Shown: positions 46,380 through 60,830 of the stretch, one piece after another
Numbering within the stretch: the stretch's first letter is position 1
How the letters are laid out: the number at the start of each line of letters is the position of its first letter
Assembly (NCBI GenBank): GCA_965655095.1
Contig: OZ296651.1
Coordinates: forward strand, 108,314,001 to 108,378,000
Reading direction: 5' to 3'
DNA: 64,000 nucleotides
Source of the DNA: Haplodiscus bocki
Lineage: Eukaryota
Notes under the pieces: generated by a model
Told to the model about the DNA's origin: nothing
What the model saw: only the letters and a program-made list of their open reading frames with translations
The model's database searches: none
Position numbers and translations under genes: made by a program

Positions 46380-49300
46380 AGGAAGCAGAAACGCTCATGG
46401 AGCAACGCAACAGGAGCCCAGACCAACAGAATTTTTGGAATTTGAAATAGACAATTCTAAAGAAAGTTTTTCATTTTTTTTCCATTCACGTGAAAAAGGC
46501 AACGGATTCTGGGTTAAGGTAAATTTGAAGTATATAATTCTGTTTCCAGTACAAGTGAAAAAAAACAGTTTTCCAGTTGACACCCCCAGTCATTGGAAGT
46601 TGCTCTAACTACTGAGAAAGGAAATGAACTCCTTAATTTTGAGGAAGAAGCCCGAGGTTTGTTATTTGCAGCACAAGTTAAAAGTAGAAAAAAAGTAACC
46701 GATGGGGATAATATGTAAGTTTTTCAATTTTCAGACCATAAGTTTGAAATTATATGAATATAAATGCTTTTCCTATTTCTGAAGCTAAATGAACATTACT
46801 TTTACCGATTGAAACACTGCTATACTTCCGGAACAAACAAAACCAAGACCACAAGAAACCTTAGATTTTATACAAGCAAAACTATTGGCAACTTTCTCAA
46901 TTTTCACTACTTTGGAACTTGAAGAAAATGAAAGTATGTTAGGATAAACTAGCTGAGAAGCGTATGGTTTTGTTTTCAATATCAGTATGGAAACGAATTA
47001 ATTTTTTTTCTGATGACCATGTAGAGGGTAATGCTGAGTAGACTATTATATTGATACTATAGTGTTTGAAGAAGACACCGAGGAGAATACTGTTTTCAAT
47101 TGGGATGAGGACTTTTCAGACGAACAATTAAGACAACTGTTTCTAACAGGTCAGATTACGATCTAAAAATTTGGTGGAAGTGAGCTTTTTTACAAAGTAA
47201 ACGGGAAAAATAAACCATAAAAATTAAAATCTCAGTCAAGTAAAATCAACCTTAATTGCCTTGACTGAAAAAATAAGCACTAACATATACTCAGATGTGT
47301 CTGATAGAAAATAACTTTACTTTTTTGAAAAAAAGTAACATAAGTGAGAATAATTTTTCAAGGGAGGAGTTGAAAAGTGTGAGTGATTACGTAGTGGTGT
47401 AATTAGAAAGATTTGACATGATACTAAACACTTTGTGTTTCTTATAAAACAATCCTATAGATTACTCTGTTAAAGCTAGAAACATTCAAATATAAACAGT
47501 TATTCAGTAATTTTTATTAAAATTCGAAGCAAAAAACTACTTAGTTTTCGATTGCAAAACGAACATGAGAACTTGGCGAGTATTCAGAGCTAAAATTAGT
47601 AATTGCTTACTTCCACTGATTTTCTTTCATTTTAAAATATAAAAAAAGACAGCTTCATCGTTTGTAAGATTAACAAAAGGCCTAATAAAGTAGGATTAAA
47701 TGTTGAAATATACATGAGAGAAAGCAAAAATTACAACAAGTGATTGCATTGTAAATCATCACGCTGCTAAAAGTACACATTTGGTAGCATACATAAACAA
47801 AAAATTTTGTGATTCTCAGGGGTATCCACCATCAAAATAAGGAACAGACATCGTCATTGTAAGGAATGGAAAAGGTTTGTTGTTCGAAGAAATATCCAAG
47901 GTAAAAATAGTTAATGTGCTGCTTTGTTTATATATTTTTTCCTAAAATAGAAGACTAGAAATCGATTTTAAATCTGCTGTATTAGAATAATAGAAATTAT
48001 ATTTTGACAATGAGATAGAAAAACGATGATAGTGTGAAGCAGATTGGCAATGTATACAGTTCGCAAAGCAAACCTACTGCCCCAGACAACATTCCCGAAA
48101 GCATTTACAAACGAAAATACGTTCGAAGGCAAACGAGTAATGTTGTTCATGTCAACAATTAATAAAATCTTCATTCCGTGAATGATTCTTGATAGACGAG
48201 TAACTACTTTTAAATAGTAGAGACGAAACAGATACACTCCTTGAGCACACAAAAACAAGCCCAGACCAGAGGAGATTTTTGGAATTTGAACTGAAAACAT
48301 CCAGTTAAACTTTCTGCTGTTTTTAGTCCGTTGAAGTTAAGAAGAGTGAACGTTGGGTATAACTAGTTTAATAGCAATTAGTCCTGTTCTTTATAAGAAT
48401 GAAGAAAGCAAATGTTTTTCAAAGTACACCCCGAGTTCTGGGCAAAAACTTAAACCTATTGAGAACAGAAACAAAACATTCAACCTTTAAAAAACTCATG
48501 TTTATATTTTTTGCAAATGCATTTGAAGGTAGAGGGAGATAAATAAAAACAACAGATGGTAATGATGTGTATTCTCTTTTTAATCAATCTTGGTTTTCAA
48601 TCACCTAGAGAGAAGGAAATTAATAGTTTGAGACAACCAAGAAACGGAGCTGACTGTTCCGGAATCCATGATATGGTAAATTCGTTGGGAAAAACCTTTG
48701 AGGAAAGAATATTCTCTTAGGCCTAGGTTATAATGGACTTGCTGAGGAAGTTTTTGCATCACCTCCAGGTATCAAAGAAGCAGTATATTTTATTGCAACT
48801 TCGAAAAATTTTCAACAACAAACCAACTTTTTGGCTTCACGCTTTATGAAATTACCATTAGATGCAATCTAACTACACAAACGTCAAAAAACGATAAAAT
48901 AAAACATAACGAAAAATTATTTTTGATCATCAAACGTGGCCTTTTGAGAAGTGTGTATAGCAAACGAAATTTTTAAAGTGGTAAAAATCACAAAAATACA
49001 GGAAGTTTTGGAGTTTATAAAGTGTGGTTCTGTTAACGGAGCAAATTTTACTTGGTCTTAGAAAATTAATTCTTACGTTTCCCGTCAGATAAAATCCCAC
49101 GATATACAGTATATAAATATTCAAAAATTAAACTTGATAAAAAAGTGACCAAAGTTCTTATAATAAATATAAAATATCAGTTGCAGGATGATGAGGAAAG
49201 TATACTTAATTTTGATGGTGAAAACGAAACTTCTCTTTCTTTTTGAGAAAAAGCTAAGTTCAAACATGGTGATAAAGTTTTTTTTACAGTATGTACAAAA

Positions 49301-51830
49301 CTTCTGCAAAAATTTATTTTCAGTGACTTTTTCAAAAACTATCAATATATTTGATGGAGTAAATTGTCGATTTGAATGGTGACTCGGAGACACAAATCCG
49401 CTTCGCGAAGTGTGAAACTATCACCTTTACTTTTTTATGAACCAAATGTTCAGTACAAACGCGGGTCTTTGAGCCACACACCTCTGCGAGGGAGCACTTC
49501 GATGATTTTTCATTTTGCGTTTCGCACGAAATCAAAAATATTCCGAGTGGGTTTTCAACATTTTAAGCATAAATGGCATTGTATTTTAACGGTGGGACTG
49601 TAACCTTTTTTTTGAAATTAATGGGTTTTTACTAAAAATGGATTTTGAAAACTTTGTTCCTCAAAACGAAGCCGAAGAATAACGACTCTTAACAACAAAA
49701 AAACTGATATACTAATTGAACAAACAAAAACAAATAACAATGATTACAATTTATTTCAAAAAAACCATCAGAGATTTGTCATTTCGTACACTCTGGCAAC
49801 CGGTAGAAAAAAGATAACATTAGGACTAACTAGTTTGGAAGTAACTAAATCTGTGTTCAATAAATACAAAAAAATCTGAAATATGATTCGATGATGGAAC
49901 GGAAGAAAACGCAGAGTGGATTGACACATTATCTTTTTAAAATTTTAACGAGGAGATTGCTTTTTTCATTCAATTGGGATGAAGATATTTCAGTTCAGAG
50001 AATAAGACTAGCTGTGGATAATCGACATGAATTTGGAAAAGAAATTAATTTGAAAAAAATTTTTGTTATTGAAGTAAATTTGTTTTCATCAGATAAAAGT
50101 AAAGACAAAACGGTCACAAAAACTTTGTTTCCGCGACCTTGATAGTTTTTTTAGAATTAGAGGGGTACTAGAGGAAGATATAAAATTTCTCTCAGAACAT
50201 TCACACAATGTTGTCTTTTTAAATTTGATACTTATGAAATACCACCAGGAAGATTTGCAGTGTCAGAATTTCTTACTATTTACAACTTACTTTACTAAAA
50301 TTAAGGCAATTGTCAAAAATATGTCTGTGAAATTGAAATCAGAAAAGTTTGAAAACTTGATGAGGAGTCGGTTTCCTTTGAAAAATTACGATTTAGTCAG
50401 TGTTGGTTTAAAAACTTATTATTGATTATGAGAGTTAAAAAAGTATAGATATAATGCAAAAGCAAATTGTTCTTTTCATATGTGATTTTTTACATGAAGT
50501 GTTTTTCCTGCGGTAAAAGGGGAACATTACTTTTAGGTTTTCTTTTGAGAAAAAACAATTGGTTAAAAATTATTTTCTGAACATGAAAAAACATAATGGA
50601 AATTACGGGAGTTTTTTTTCAATAATTTTTTGAATAACATTTTACTAGGAAGTTGTTCCGAAGCAAAGTGTTGGTTTCGATGGTAGAACTACGACTTTCA
50701 CCTTAACACTTATTAAAATTTAGGTACAAACACACCGATAGATGTTCACTTCGCTCCAAGTAAGCAGTTGCATACATGCAGATTTTGTATTCAGTTTTCG
50801 GAAAAAAAATAGAAAAACTTTCGATATCTTGTCTTGTCACTTTTAATGGTGAACCTAGGATTTGTACTTTTTAAGTAAATATATACGTTTCAAAAACCAG
50901 CTTCTGAAAAGTTCAAACCTATTTCATACTGTGCTGGTGGTCACCATTATTCCGGCAAAATAATTTTAGATTCTGATTCAACTGAAACTTGTAAGAAGTT
51001 AGTTAGAGAATGTAATGTATCGTATAGGTAAAAGTTGACGATTGTTAATGATAATACAAAAAACCTTAAAAAACGGGGATCCTTTTCAGAAAAACAAGTA
51101 AGTAAAGCTTCTGCTAGGGCTAGATAAAATTGGCTATTACAGCATTGAAGAATTTTAGAAAAGCTTTCGAATTAGGGGGAGAAATTGGTATCGCAGCTGC
51201 GTCTAGAAACTCTAAAGCAGCTTTATCTACAATCCTCGACGTAAAAAAAGTTTTTTTTAATCATACTGGCAGTGGATTATATCCTAGGGAAGAAGTTCAA
51301 TTAAGTGACTAGTACGAAGTTTTCTCCATCTGCAAAAAGACGCTTAAATATTAATGCCGAAAACAGACCAGAAGATAGAAAAAGTGATGTAAACAGCTTA
51401 AGAAAACCAGCTGTTTTTAGTCAGCAGATGGTAATCAATTTGAAAGATGAAACCAGTAAACCAAGATAGAAACTTAGGCAATATTAAATGTTATCTACAA
51501 ATTTATTATCTGTCGAGTTTTTTCAAATTATTACTACTACTACATCTAATTCTGTTGCATTGTTTGTTATACGAATTGGTTCGATAGTAAAAACATTCTG
51601 AACTAGAGTAGCAAGTTGAATAACAATTAGGAAGAAACTAAAAGTTTAATTAGATCTGCAAAAGCATGAAAACCAAAAAATAACTTTCTGAGAGAGTGTA
51701 AGAAGCTGTTATCCTCTCCGATTTCCTTTATAGGATATGTTTACTAGACCACGCGATTGAAAGAAAAGAGTTTGAATCTTTGTGCGAAACTTTCTGAAAA
51801 CATTTTATTAAGTAAACGTTGATTGAATTT
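46380..51830 (+). mobile_element. Highly decayed Polinton B fragments related to element A (minor-capsid-like, Zn-ribbon, core and 2-TM genes)
   Basis: RPQETLDF and GLTSLEV..SVFN motifs; penton-like end VGFDGRTTTFTLTLIKI* (~50720); SYCAGGHHYS (~50925) homologous to 7061; GIAAASRNSKAALST...HTGSGLY (51130-51312). Confidence 0.65.
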
Positions 51831-52064
51831 TGGGAACAAAGTTCTAAATAAAAAAGAGAGATAAGATAGTATAAATGAAAGAAAAGGTATCATTCCACTT
51901 TTTGAAGAACTTAAGTTGGGTGTAAATGAAATTCAATAGGTATATAGAAATGTACCACTAAGTTGTGTCCACTTGCTCCATTAGCATCAGTTACTGATAT
52001 TGATATTAGTAGGAGAGTGAGCAGATCACGTGGATGAGGTGGGGTGGAGGTCCCTCCATGTTTT

Positions 52065-52270
52065 AGGATAGGCTACAGAGCCTATTTTCCGGGAAAGGAA
52101 CTCCACTTATGTATCAAGATAGGCTATAGTTCGGTGATGTGCTATGATAGGGTATACTTCGGCAATGTAATTAGATAAGGAATAGTTCGCCTCAAGCTAC
52201 ACAATTAGGGTATAGTTCGCCTCAATGTAATAAGATAGTTTAGGTACGAGCCGAGTCAAAGATAGGGAGT
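52065..52270. repeat. Short degenerate tandem repeats (~30 bp) in the presumed terminal region of Polinton C
   Basis: gatagg(g/c)tatagttcg recurs about five times. Confidence 0.65.
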
Positions 52271-52529
52271 GGATTCATTTTCGGCTTTGTGAAACCTTTT
52301 CGAAACAAAATGTTCGGACTGATTTTTTTCCTGCAACCCCGTCCGCTCAGGTTAATAGTACGGCGCGGACTATTTGTGGTGCTTGCAGTTTTTCATAACG
52401 CCCGAACATAATGTTGTGACTTAATGCTATATGAAGAAGTTGTATAAAGTTTTCAAGAAAAATTGTTTAGAGTGTATAAATGACAACAAACAATATTTAG
52501 TTGTCACCCAGAAAAAGTGGAACAATATA

Positions 52530-55500
52530 CTAAACTGTCCATCTTGTTGTTATCCATTAAGGAGACGGGTTTGTATTCCATCTAGTTGAAAATTGCTTTT
52601 GGAATGAAGGTTTGACAATCCCTTGTTTGTTTGCTCATATGTGGCAACAGCTTCTTTTGGTTGACTTTATTTTAATTACCTCTATCAAAACTTTGCGATT
52701 TTTGAACACGGGACCATCAAAACTGTCTTCAAGCGTTCTCTTGATCACAACTTTGTTGCTAATTTTGATGTTGTTTGATTGTCAGTCATAACAGCAAAGT
52801 GTTTTGCTATACAGACAAGTCAATTCTGTGCAGAGGAAGTCTTCTTTGAGAAGGCCAGGTTCTCGTCTATTGTGCTTTTTATGCTCAGTAAGTACGAGGG
52901 AAAAAGTTTGTTGTTGAGTGGAGCGAAAATTCAGCAAAACACTCTTCTTTTCGCAAAGAGTTCCGCTTTTTTTTCATTTCTGTTCGGATACAATCGTACA
53001 AGTTGTGCTCGGATAATGCTAGATAGGCGACTCCGTATCCTTCTTTAGCTCCTCAAACTTTGTATTATCGCAATACTTGTCAAAGAAGGTATAATAAAGC
53101 TCTAGCATTCTCAATTTTGCAAACTGCAAGACAAAAAGTCCAACAATTATTGGTTCTTTGTGTTCAACTTGTGACCTGACAAGCTCCACCTCAAACAGTC
53201 GATCGTCGTTAAAACCCAAGCGCTTAGACATTTTGTTATTGTTCGCTCCATGGTTTTATTCATCATTTGGATAGTTTGTTACTGTATGTTGACTCCGATC
53301 CATGACCTCGTAACCATAGGAGCTGTTTGGTAGTAGCTTCATTGTCTGTGCCACAACACTAGAATTTGGATTCTCGTCCCCCTCTCTTCGAGCAATCACT
53401 GCAGACTGAAAAAAGTTGCTGAGGCACTCCATTGGCTTCATTGGAGTGTATTGCACGAGGCGACAATCTTTTCAAATCAGTCTCAAGTCCAGATAAAAGA
53501 ACAGAAACGGTCTATTCATTGTTCCATTCTCCAAGAAATAGCTTGATATTAGCATCCTCCCGGGCTGCGTCAAAAGTCCCTCTTTCTCGGCATATTTTTT
53601 CAAAAACGGACCAAAGTCACCTCTACTTTTATTATTGTTCTTGAAGATGGGTGGAAACTTGGCGAAAGCGTCTAGGAAATTCTCGGGTACATCAATACCA
53701 CATCGAACATAACTAAACAGACTTCCACAATTGAAGTTTCCCAAAAGTTCTTTTCTGAGAGACATAGTGTAGGGGAAGGATTCGCTCAGATGCTGTTGAA
53801 CATTTCATAGCCATTCTCTTGAAAGTTATATTTTCGTAGATCGCCTAGACCTCTCTCTTTTTATTGCCTCGCTTAATTTTTTCCTCAGTGAGAGAAGGAC
53901 GAGCTTCTTGACATGGCCAACAAACATAATAGCATCCCATGATTCGAACAGCGTGTTGCAGTGTCCACAGAAGCTGCAACACTGTATGCGTCAATTTTTT
54001 ATGTGTAGCTGTCGTTTGGAAACTTTCCATTTTAATTTGTGATCTGACTAGCGGAAATTATGACATGACCATGTTTTCAAAACTCCTCGTCTTGTTTGGG
54101 CGCAGTTTAAACTTGCCAGATTCCGAATTTAGTTCCCATCTCGTGTACAGACTAGTTGTCACTGTTTGACACAGAGAGAAAGAAAAAAACTGACTAGCAT
54201 CATTTCTGACAGTGGACTTGCAGCAGTTTGTCGAATCCCGAATAAAAGTCTTGTCAACAATAGCTTTCCTGGTAAATACAATGGATGGTCCCTCATTTAT
54301 ATCTTCAAGTAGTATTTCCAGCAAAAAATTGTAGCTGTCTATGAAGGGATTAAACTTTGCAGTAGTTGATTTGTCAAAACAAACACTTGCAAGATGTGCC
54401 AAAGTACATCCAAGCTTTAGCATGTCAATTCTTTCTTTGTGGTAAAAATAAAAATCTTTTGCTTAGCTTCTAGTGTAGGAACAACTTCCTTGTTGTTACA
54501 ACAGTGCAAAAAAAGTCTTTGAAGGTACACATAGTTTCCTGTTGCCACATACTGGTCAATTTTTGATAGTTTTCTTGTCTAGTTGCAGGAGGCTGCTTCA
54601 ATTTTAATGTCGATAATGCTTCTTCGAATGTCAAGCCCCCATCTATTGAAGTTTGGAAGTCTGAATAGTTTTTTTAAAGGGGATTATTGTGGCCCAGTTT
54701 GCTAAAGAAGGTTTCGTAAGGAGTAAGTTGAGTATTGTTAGGTTTTTCTGGATCAACGAACCATTAATATGAAGAATAACATTTAGTCTCTGAAGTCTTG
54801 TAAGCTTTGAAGAAAAAGTCGAGGCTCGTCGCTCCTCCAAGAAACTTTATTATATCTAGCAACCGAACATCTCCAAACTTGAAAGATACGAACTGATTAG
54901 TTTTTTTGATCACTTTTAGTTCAATGCCTCGTTCATTAACTTGGAGAGCCAGCAATTAACTCTTTATTAAATTAATATCGTAATTTGCGCTATTGAAGCC
55001 AAAAACTAGAAGAACGTTGCAATGTTCTTCCGAGTGATCCTGCAAATCAATAAGGTGATTCTTTCGTGTTTGTGAAAACTGCGTCGACACTCATCTTGCT
55101 CCTCTTCGTTGTCTTTTTCTTCTTCTTCTTCTTCTTCTTCGATACCCCTATCTTCAAATTCCAATACTGGTTCCTGGCGAGAGCGACGTTGACTAAGAGC
55201 GGAGAAAATTGAATGAGTTTACTCTTCACACTAGTCTCAATCTCCACAAACTTTATTTTCATTTGCGCTTTGCTCTTTGTTGCTAACAGTTCAAGAGCAT
55301 CAACAAGAGACGCAACCAAAGCTCTGAGACTGGGTTTGCACAAGAAGATTGGCTCTTGAATCGAATGGGACGAAATTGATACAGATATTTGAACGTGCTT
55401 GCCAATCCATGCTGTAGTAACGGTATCACGGGCTTTGTCTTCCTCCACACAAATCGATCCAAATTCGGTTAATGCCATGTTCTTAAAAAGCTTTTGATCA

Positions 55501-56810
55501 TCGGAGTAAAGGATATTGAACGAGTCTAATCTTTCAAATAGTGTTTCTCGCAGTTGATAAATATTCTTTGGTAAACATGCTTAACTCGTTCTTTGCAATT
55601 AGTCAATTGTCACTCCTGTTTACAACTCCATTGATGAATTCATCACACGATGGACAAAAATAAGTTTTGAAGAAAGCGCTGATATTGGAGACATAGCAAA
55701 TGTGGCTATTATAAAGTATTAGCCGTACAAGATCGGAGTACTTCCCAACGCTCCCCGTCTTAAGGTCCCCAGTCATAGATCCGTCTACCATGTCAGAAAC
55801 GTACAAGAAAACATCTACTTGAACAGTATCTTCCACTGCTGCAGTATCTTCCATACGAACCCCTCGAAAGTTTGCAGGATCAATCATGCCATCTTTTTCG
55901 AGTAATAGATTGAATAATTTGATAGTTTCCTCCTCGCCTTTTTCATTTCCATGCAAATGCAATCCCAGAGCTCAAAATCTCCTCAAATGGAAAATAGTTA
56001 ACGGAATGACTTTTCATTAGTGGATGTGGCAGTAGAATATCATTAAAGCCCATGGAAACCTCCTTGAATAAAGCTGCAAAAATTGTTACATTCGTCAGCT
56101 CGTATAACTTCCATTTTGTGTTGGCTCGTTCTCTTGAACTCGATTCAATGACATCGGTGTTTTTTATAGTTTTTTGATTCTTACCAAGTCTTCAATGGTA
56201 GCCACAAATTTAGATAGCTCCAATAGTGCATTATTTTGGTGTGCCTATTAGTACCTACAACTGCGGTTTTCTATGTTTGTGATTACAAAGCCAAATGCTA
56301 CAATCAGCTTAGCTGCACATTTGAGACAGTCAAACACAACATCCAATTTTTCCAACAGATATTTGGGGTCCAGATTATCCAAGGCACAGCTGTAGATTTT
56401 TTGTCTCCCATTCTCCATCTCACTTTCCACCACAAAATTATTTGCACGTTTCTAGTTCCTCTTTCAAGCTATTGTCATCAGCATCTCCCATTAATTGTGT
56501 CATATCAAACTTTTGAGCACTTGAACTTCTCTGTGCTCCATATTCTTTCGACTTATGTTCTCGCAATAAATAAAAGCTATGCAAGTTTTTGTCACATTTT
56601 TTGCACTTACGGACAACTCTAGCAGTTGCTTCAGGGTGTTTCTTGGCCAACTGACAATTCATTTCAGCTCGGGATTCCGTCGAAGAGTTGGTTAAACAAG
56701 GGAACGTAGAGGATCCAGCTGATCATCTTTTCATGTGCCGTACATTATTTTTGTTTGTAGTTCGGGTAACACCATTTTCACATGCAATTTTTTTCGGATT
56801 ACCGAAGGCA
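52530..56810 (-). pseudogene. Protein-primed PolB of Polinton C with N-terminal C2H2-like fingers
   Basis: GFNSANYDINLIK, LLDIIKFLGG, GPSIVF, DASQ, KLLPNSSYG, AKLRMLELYY, DTES; CKKC..F..L.EH upstream. Confidence 0.9.
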
Positions 56811-58094
56811 TTTCAAAAACAGGCGTTTAAGAGAACAATCTGAAATCAACATGAATGTTGTAGCAACTTGATTGTAGCAATGCAAGAGAAAGAATGGCGA
56901 AACATATGTAGCTAGTGTTACTCAGTACATTATTACCAAGTAAAGAAAGACCATAAATGGGAAGAATAACCATAAAAAGAAAAACCGCACGAGTTGTCAA
57001 TCTCTACCTTTCGTCTCGAAAACCGACTGCGTTTTTTTAAAAAAATAGTTAAATGGTTTAGACAGTTTGTCTATGATTGTCTTTTTAAATGGAGCACATT
57101 CACCTTATATGGTGACAGACTGTCTGAGAAAATTATTCAAGTTGGACTAACATCTCCAGCCAGCGTGTCTGAGAAATTACTCAAGGGGAGCTAAGAAATT
57201 TAATTTGTATGTCTTGTTCATTTTGGACCGAACTTTCAATCAAAAGGACATCCGTAAAGGGAATAGAATTAAAAAATTGCACAGTCATTGTGGTGTGGAG
57301 GTTAAAAACATTGGAACGACAACATGCACAACAGCTATCATCAGCAAATACATCTCGTAATCCGAATCTTTTTTAATCACTAAGCCAAAAATTCACACTT
57401 AATAAGCCAAAAAGACATATAGAAGTCTTATTGGTGAAACAAATGCCATGCCAGTGTTGCCATCGCTGAGAATTGAAATCTTTACCCAATCCACATTGCT
57501 TTCACCGCTACACTGCCGATAAATTCTTTTTTGCAAGTTTCACTGACATAAAACCGTTGATATCCCAGTTTCTGCAAACTCTTTTGATTTTACGAAGAAA
57601 TACCAGAGGAGGTCTTGAACGAAATTGACGGAGATTGTTATTTTTAGCACAACATCTTTGACATCTCACAGTCCCAGCATCGGATAGTAAGTGTTAGCAA
57701 AGGCTCCTAAAAAATGTCATTTGCATTCAAGTTGGTCCAATTTGGCGAAAAAAAGACACAGTAGCGTTATATCCTCGAAGAGGAAGTGAATATCTCCAAA
57801 AAAGAACTCAATTCTTTGGTCGACAGTTTGCGCGATTCCCTCGAAACATTTGATAAAGTGAGCAAGTGCTTATAAATTCCATTTCCGAAACCCAAAAGTG
57901 AGATTGGATCTACGAAGTCAAAAGGCAGCCTCTTTGCTCAATACTTTAACGATATCATCGAACATCCAAGTAGAGAAATTCGTTAATCGTTCCGATTTGG
58001 AAACAACAAATCTTGCGTCTTTTCCGTCAAAAAATATGAGCTACAGGGTAATCATTTTTTTCCTACAGAGTTTGTCAGCCTAACCCAGGGTGGA

Positions 58095-58430
58095 AAGACA
58101 CCGTGGGTTGAGTACTTTTTATATTAAGCACAACTTGTTTCATCAAAGGAAACCTGGGCGACACGTTGAGATCAAAAACACCCACATTGTTAGCTTCAAA
58201 CCTCCCTGTGATGTGATGCAAGTCACCACGCTTAGTGCACAGTTGGGCCTCTGATCAGAGCTAGTTGATTGGTATCGAGACCCAATGTCTGCACGCCACG
58301 GTCATTTGTTGATTGATTTGTCGTCTCGAACAAACGATCAATCACGTTATTACACAAACACCGGACCCATTCCCTCAAAGTTTTATATCTCGGACTGTCT
58401 GAAACAATCAAACTTTTTGTACGATGAACA
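58095..58430 (+). pseudogene. C-terminal half of the packaging ATPase of Polinton C
   Basis: RHRGLSTFYIKHNLFHQ...NTHIVSFKPP...GHLLIDLS. Confidence 0.8.
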
Positions 58431-59109
58431 CACACTCCAAGTCTCACATTCATTTTCCCACAAACGTAACATTCTGCTCGTTCATTCTTGTCCAAAAGAG
58501 TTTATCGGCTTTCTCTGCGAATGCAGAGTAAATTTTCCGAAAGGAAACCAGCAAAGCATATAAAGACATTACGTGACAAAATTCCGAAACGAATTGCGGT
58601 TACTCTGTCTAAAAAGAATAACTTGGAAACAAAAAAGAGACGTTCTGGTATCCGAAAAGGGGCTACAACTCATTAAAGTCATTAGTTGTCCCGTCATTTA
58701 CCTTTTCTTCTGACAAGGAACAGTTTGTCCTCGTTCTTGCTTCACTGTAAAACAACAAGTGTTTGAATATTCAGACAGTTATCAAACAGGAGCTTCCAAA
58801 GTGTCAAGCTAATCAAAATCCCACGTACCAAAATGATTCGCTCAAAAAAGAACTAAACAAAAAACAGTTTGCCGAAACACACCCTTTAGTCGAGAACATT
58901 TTGCCTTGTCCTCCTATCAGGCTCTCGAAATCGCAGACTTTAAATTTAGTTGGTGTGGGAACTGAAGTTTTACTGTAAGACTATGGTCAACAACTTCATC
59001 GTAAAAACGCTGACGTTCTAGACATTTACTTTTTTTTTACCTGGCGCTGCTGGTGAATCTCCAACTCTGGTTCTAAATCGAAAGGCCAAAACCAAAGATG
59101 GGTCCCTTT

Positions 59110-60010
59110 CAAAATACGAACGTCAGAAGCTGCAAGGGCTGTACACGGAAGGCGGTGCTGCTTATGAGTCTGAGCGCAATTTCTCGAAAGCTAGCAACCT
59201 ACCAGTATCAAAGGTGGCATGATTTTTACATTCAAAACCTTCTTACATAACGTTTACTCTTCCTACCCGTACATCCTAGAAATTGAAGGCATAGGCCAAA
59301 CTCAAAATTGAAATTTGGTGTATGGAACTAGCATACGTTGATAAACTAGCCAAAGAAAAAAACAGTGAAAAGTGTCTACTAGTTCGTCAAGACTTATTTG
59401 GCAGAACCGTGGATGCAAAAGGAATGAAAACAAAAGATTTCAAAGAAACGGTTTGTGCATTTTTGACTTTGATTACAAATAAAATCGACCCCAAAAAGTT
59501 TGGGTTCACACGGGAATGGATTTTCCTGTAGAGTTTGAATAACTTTGCAAAGATCAAGGAATACAATTTTTTATTCTACGATGAGTGAGACTAAGGCTGC
59601 TTTTGCTGAACGTACAATACTATCTTTCAAAAATATACTTTACCGTTTTATGGAGAATTATGATACAAGTACATTCACAAATTGTCTCAATTCGTCAGAC
59701 CCCTGAATTCCAGAAAATGTTGCTCAATAGAATTTATCCAAACATGTCAAGAATTCCGAAGTTTTCTCCATTGTGTACAGCAAGCCACTATGAGAATATA
59801 AAAAACCAAGTTTAACATTTTAACATTGAAGACAGATTTCCCGTCTCCAAGTATGACTTACCCTTCAGGAAGGGTTATGAGCCACAATTCACACAGGATG
59901 TTTTTGAAAGTGTTGCATTTGATTCCAGAGAATCTCTAATATACACTATTGAAGATGAACAGGACTAAGTTATCCGTGGTAATTTTATCAAGAAGTGTTG
60001 ATCAAAGTCA
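59110..60010 (+). pseudogene. rve integrase remnant of Polinton C
   Basis: EIWCMELAYVDKLA, LLVRQDLFGRTV, KAAFAERTI, FRKGYEPQFT. Confidence 0.85.
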
Positions 60011-60017
60011 TTTAACA

Positions 60018-60830
60018 ATGAAAGCGTTTACAATAAATTTGGTTTCTAATGCATCTGCACAATTATTTCCAGACAATACACTCAGCTTTTTCGAAAATTT
60101 TGTACCGGAACAAAAGAATCTGAAAGGTCAACGGGAGGTTGCACTTTCGGAAATCTCTTATCCATCAATGTACCAAAATGTCACGGAAAGAAAACTCACC
60201 TTTTTTGATTTCAAAAAGTTTCGAATTCTTCTGCAGTTCATTATATGGAACCCGGTCCTTGCCCTTCCGTTACAAAAATTGTTGAAGCCATGAACAGTCT
60301 CAATCAAAAGAGACACAACCACAGCGAAAGCTGTTTCACATTTATAGTGTCTCGTAGGACGCAAGAAGTTGAGATTTACCTAACAAATCAAGGATCTGGT
60401 CTTGCATTCTTTAGTACGGACATTGGACACTTTTGCCAGAGCAATGTTGACAATGAAATTGTAGTGATGTTGGGAGTAAAAGACCTCACAAACCGAAAAC
60501 TGTTTGCGATCCCGTCCTCATACACTATTTCATGATATACACGGACTTGATTGAGTACAAAATCGTTAGCGACATGAAGGTCCCATTGGTACGTAGCTTT
60601 CTTTTTTTCATCAAATCTCAAATCAGGACGCATAATAACAACTGGACAGTACATGAACTATCAGACATTTAGCAACTTGCAATTCAGACCACTGCTCAAA
60701 CTTTTTTTTCATAGTACTCACGTTAATTTGAGAAACACGAGCGGTAAAAAATTAAACTTTTGTATCTGTTGCTATAACTCGTCTTGCCTTGATGTTTAAA
60801 AAAGCCTCCAACATTCATTTTGAACCTAAA
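60018..60830 (+). pseudogene. Minor capsid (penton-like) protein of Polinton C
   Basis: FTINLVSNAS.QLFPDNT...EVALSEISYP, MIYTDLIEYKIVSD, NLRNTSG. Confidence 0.75.
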
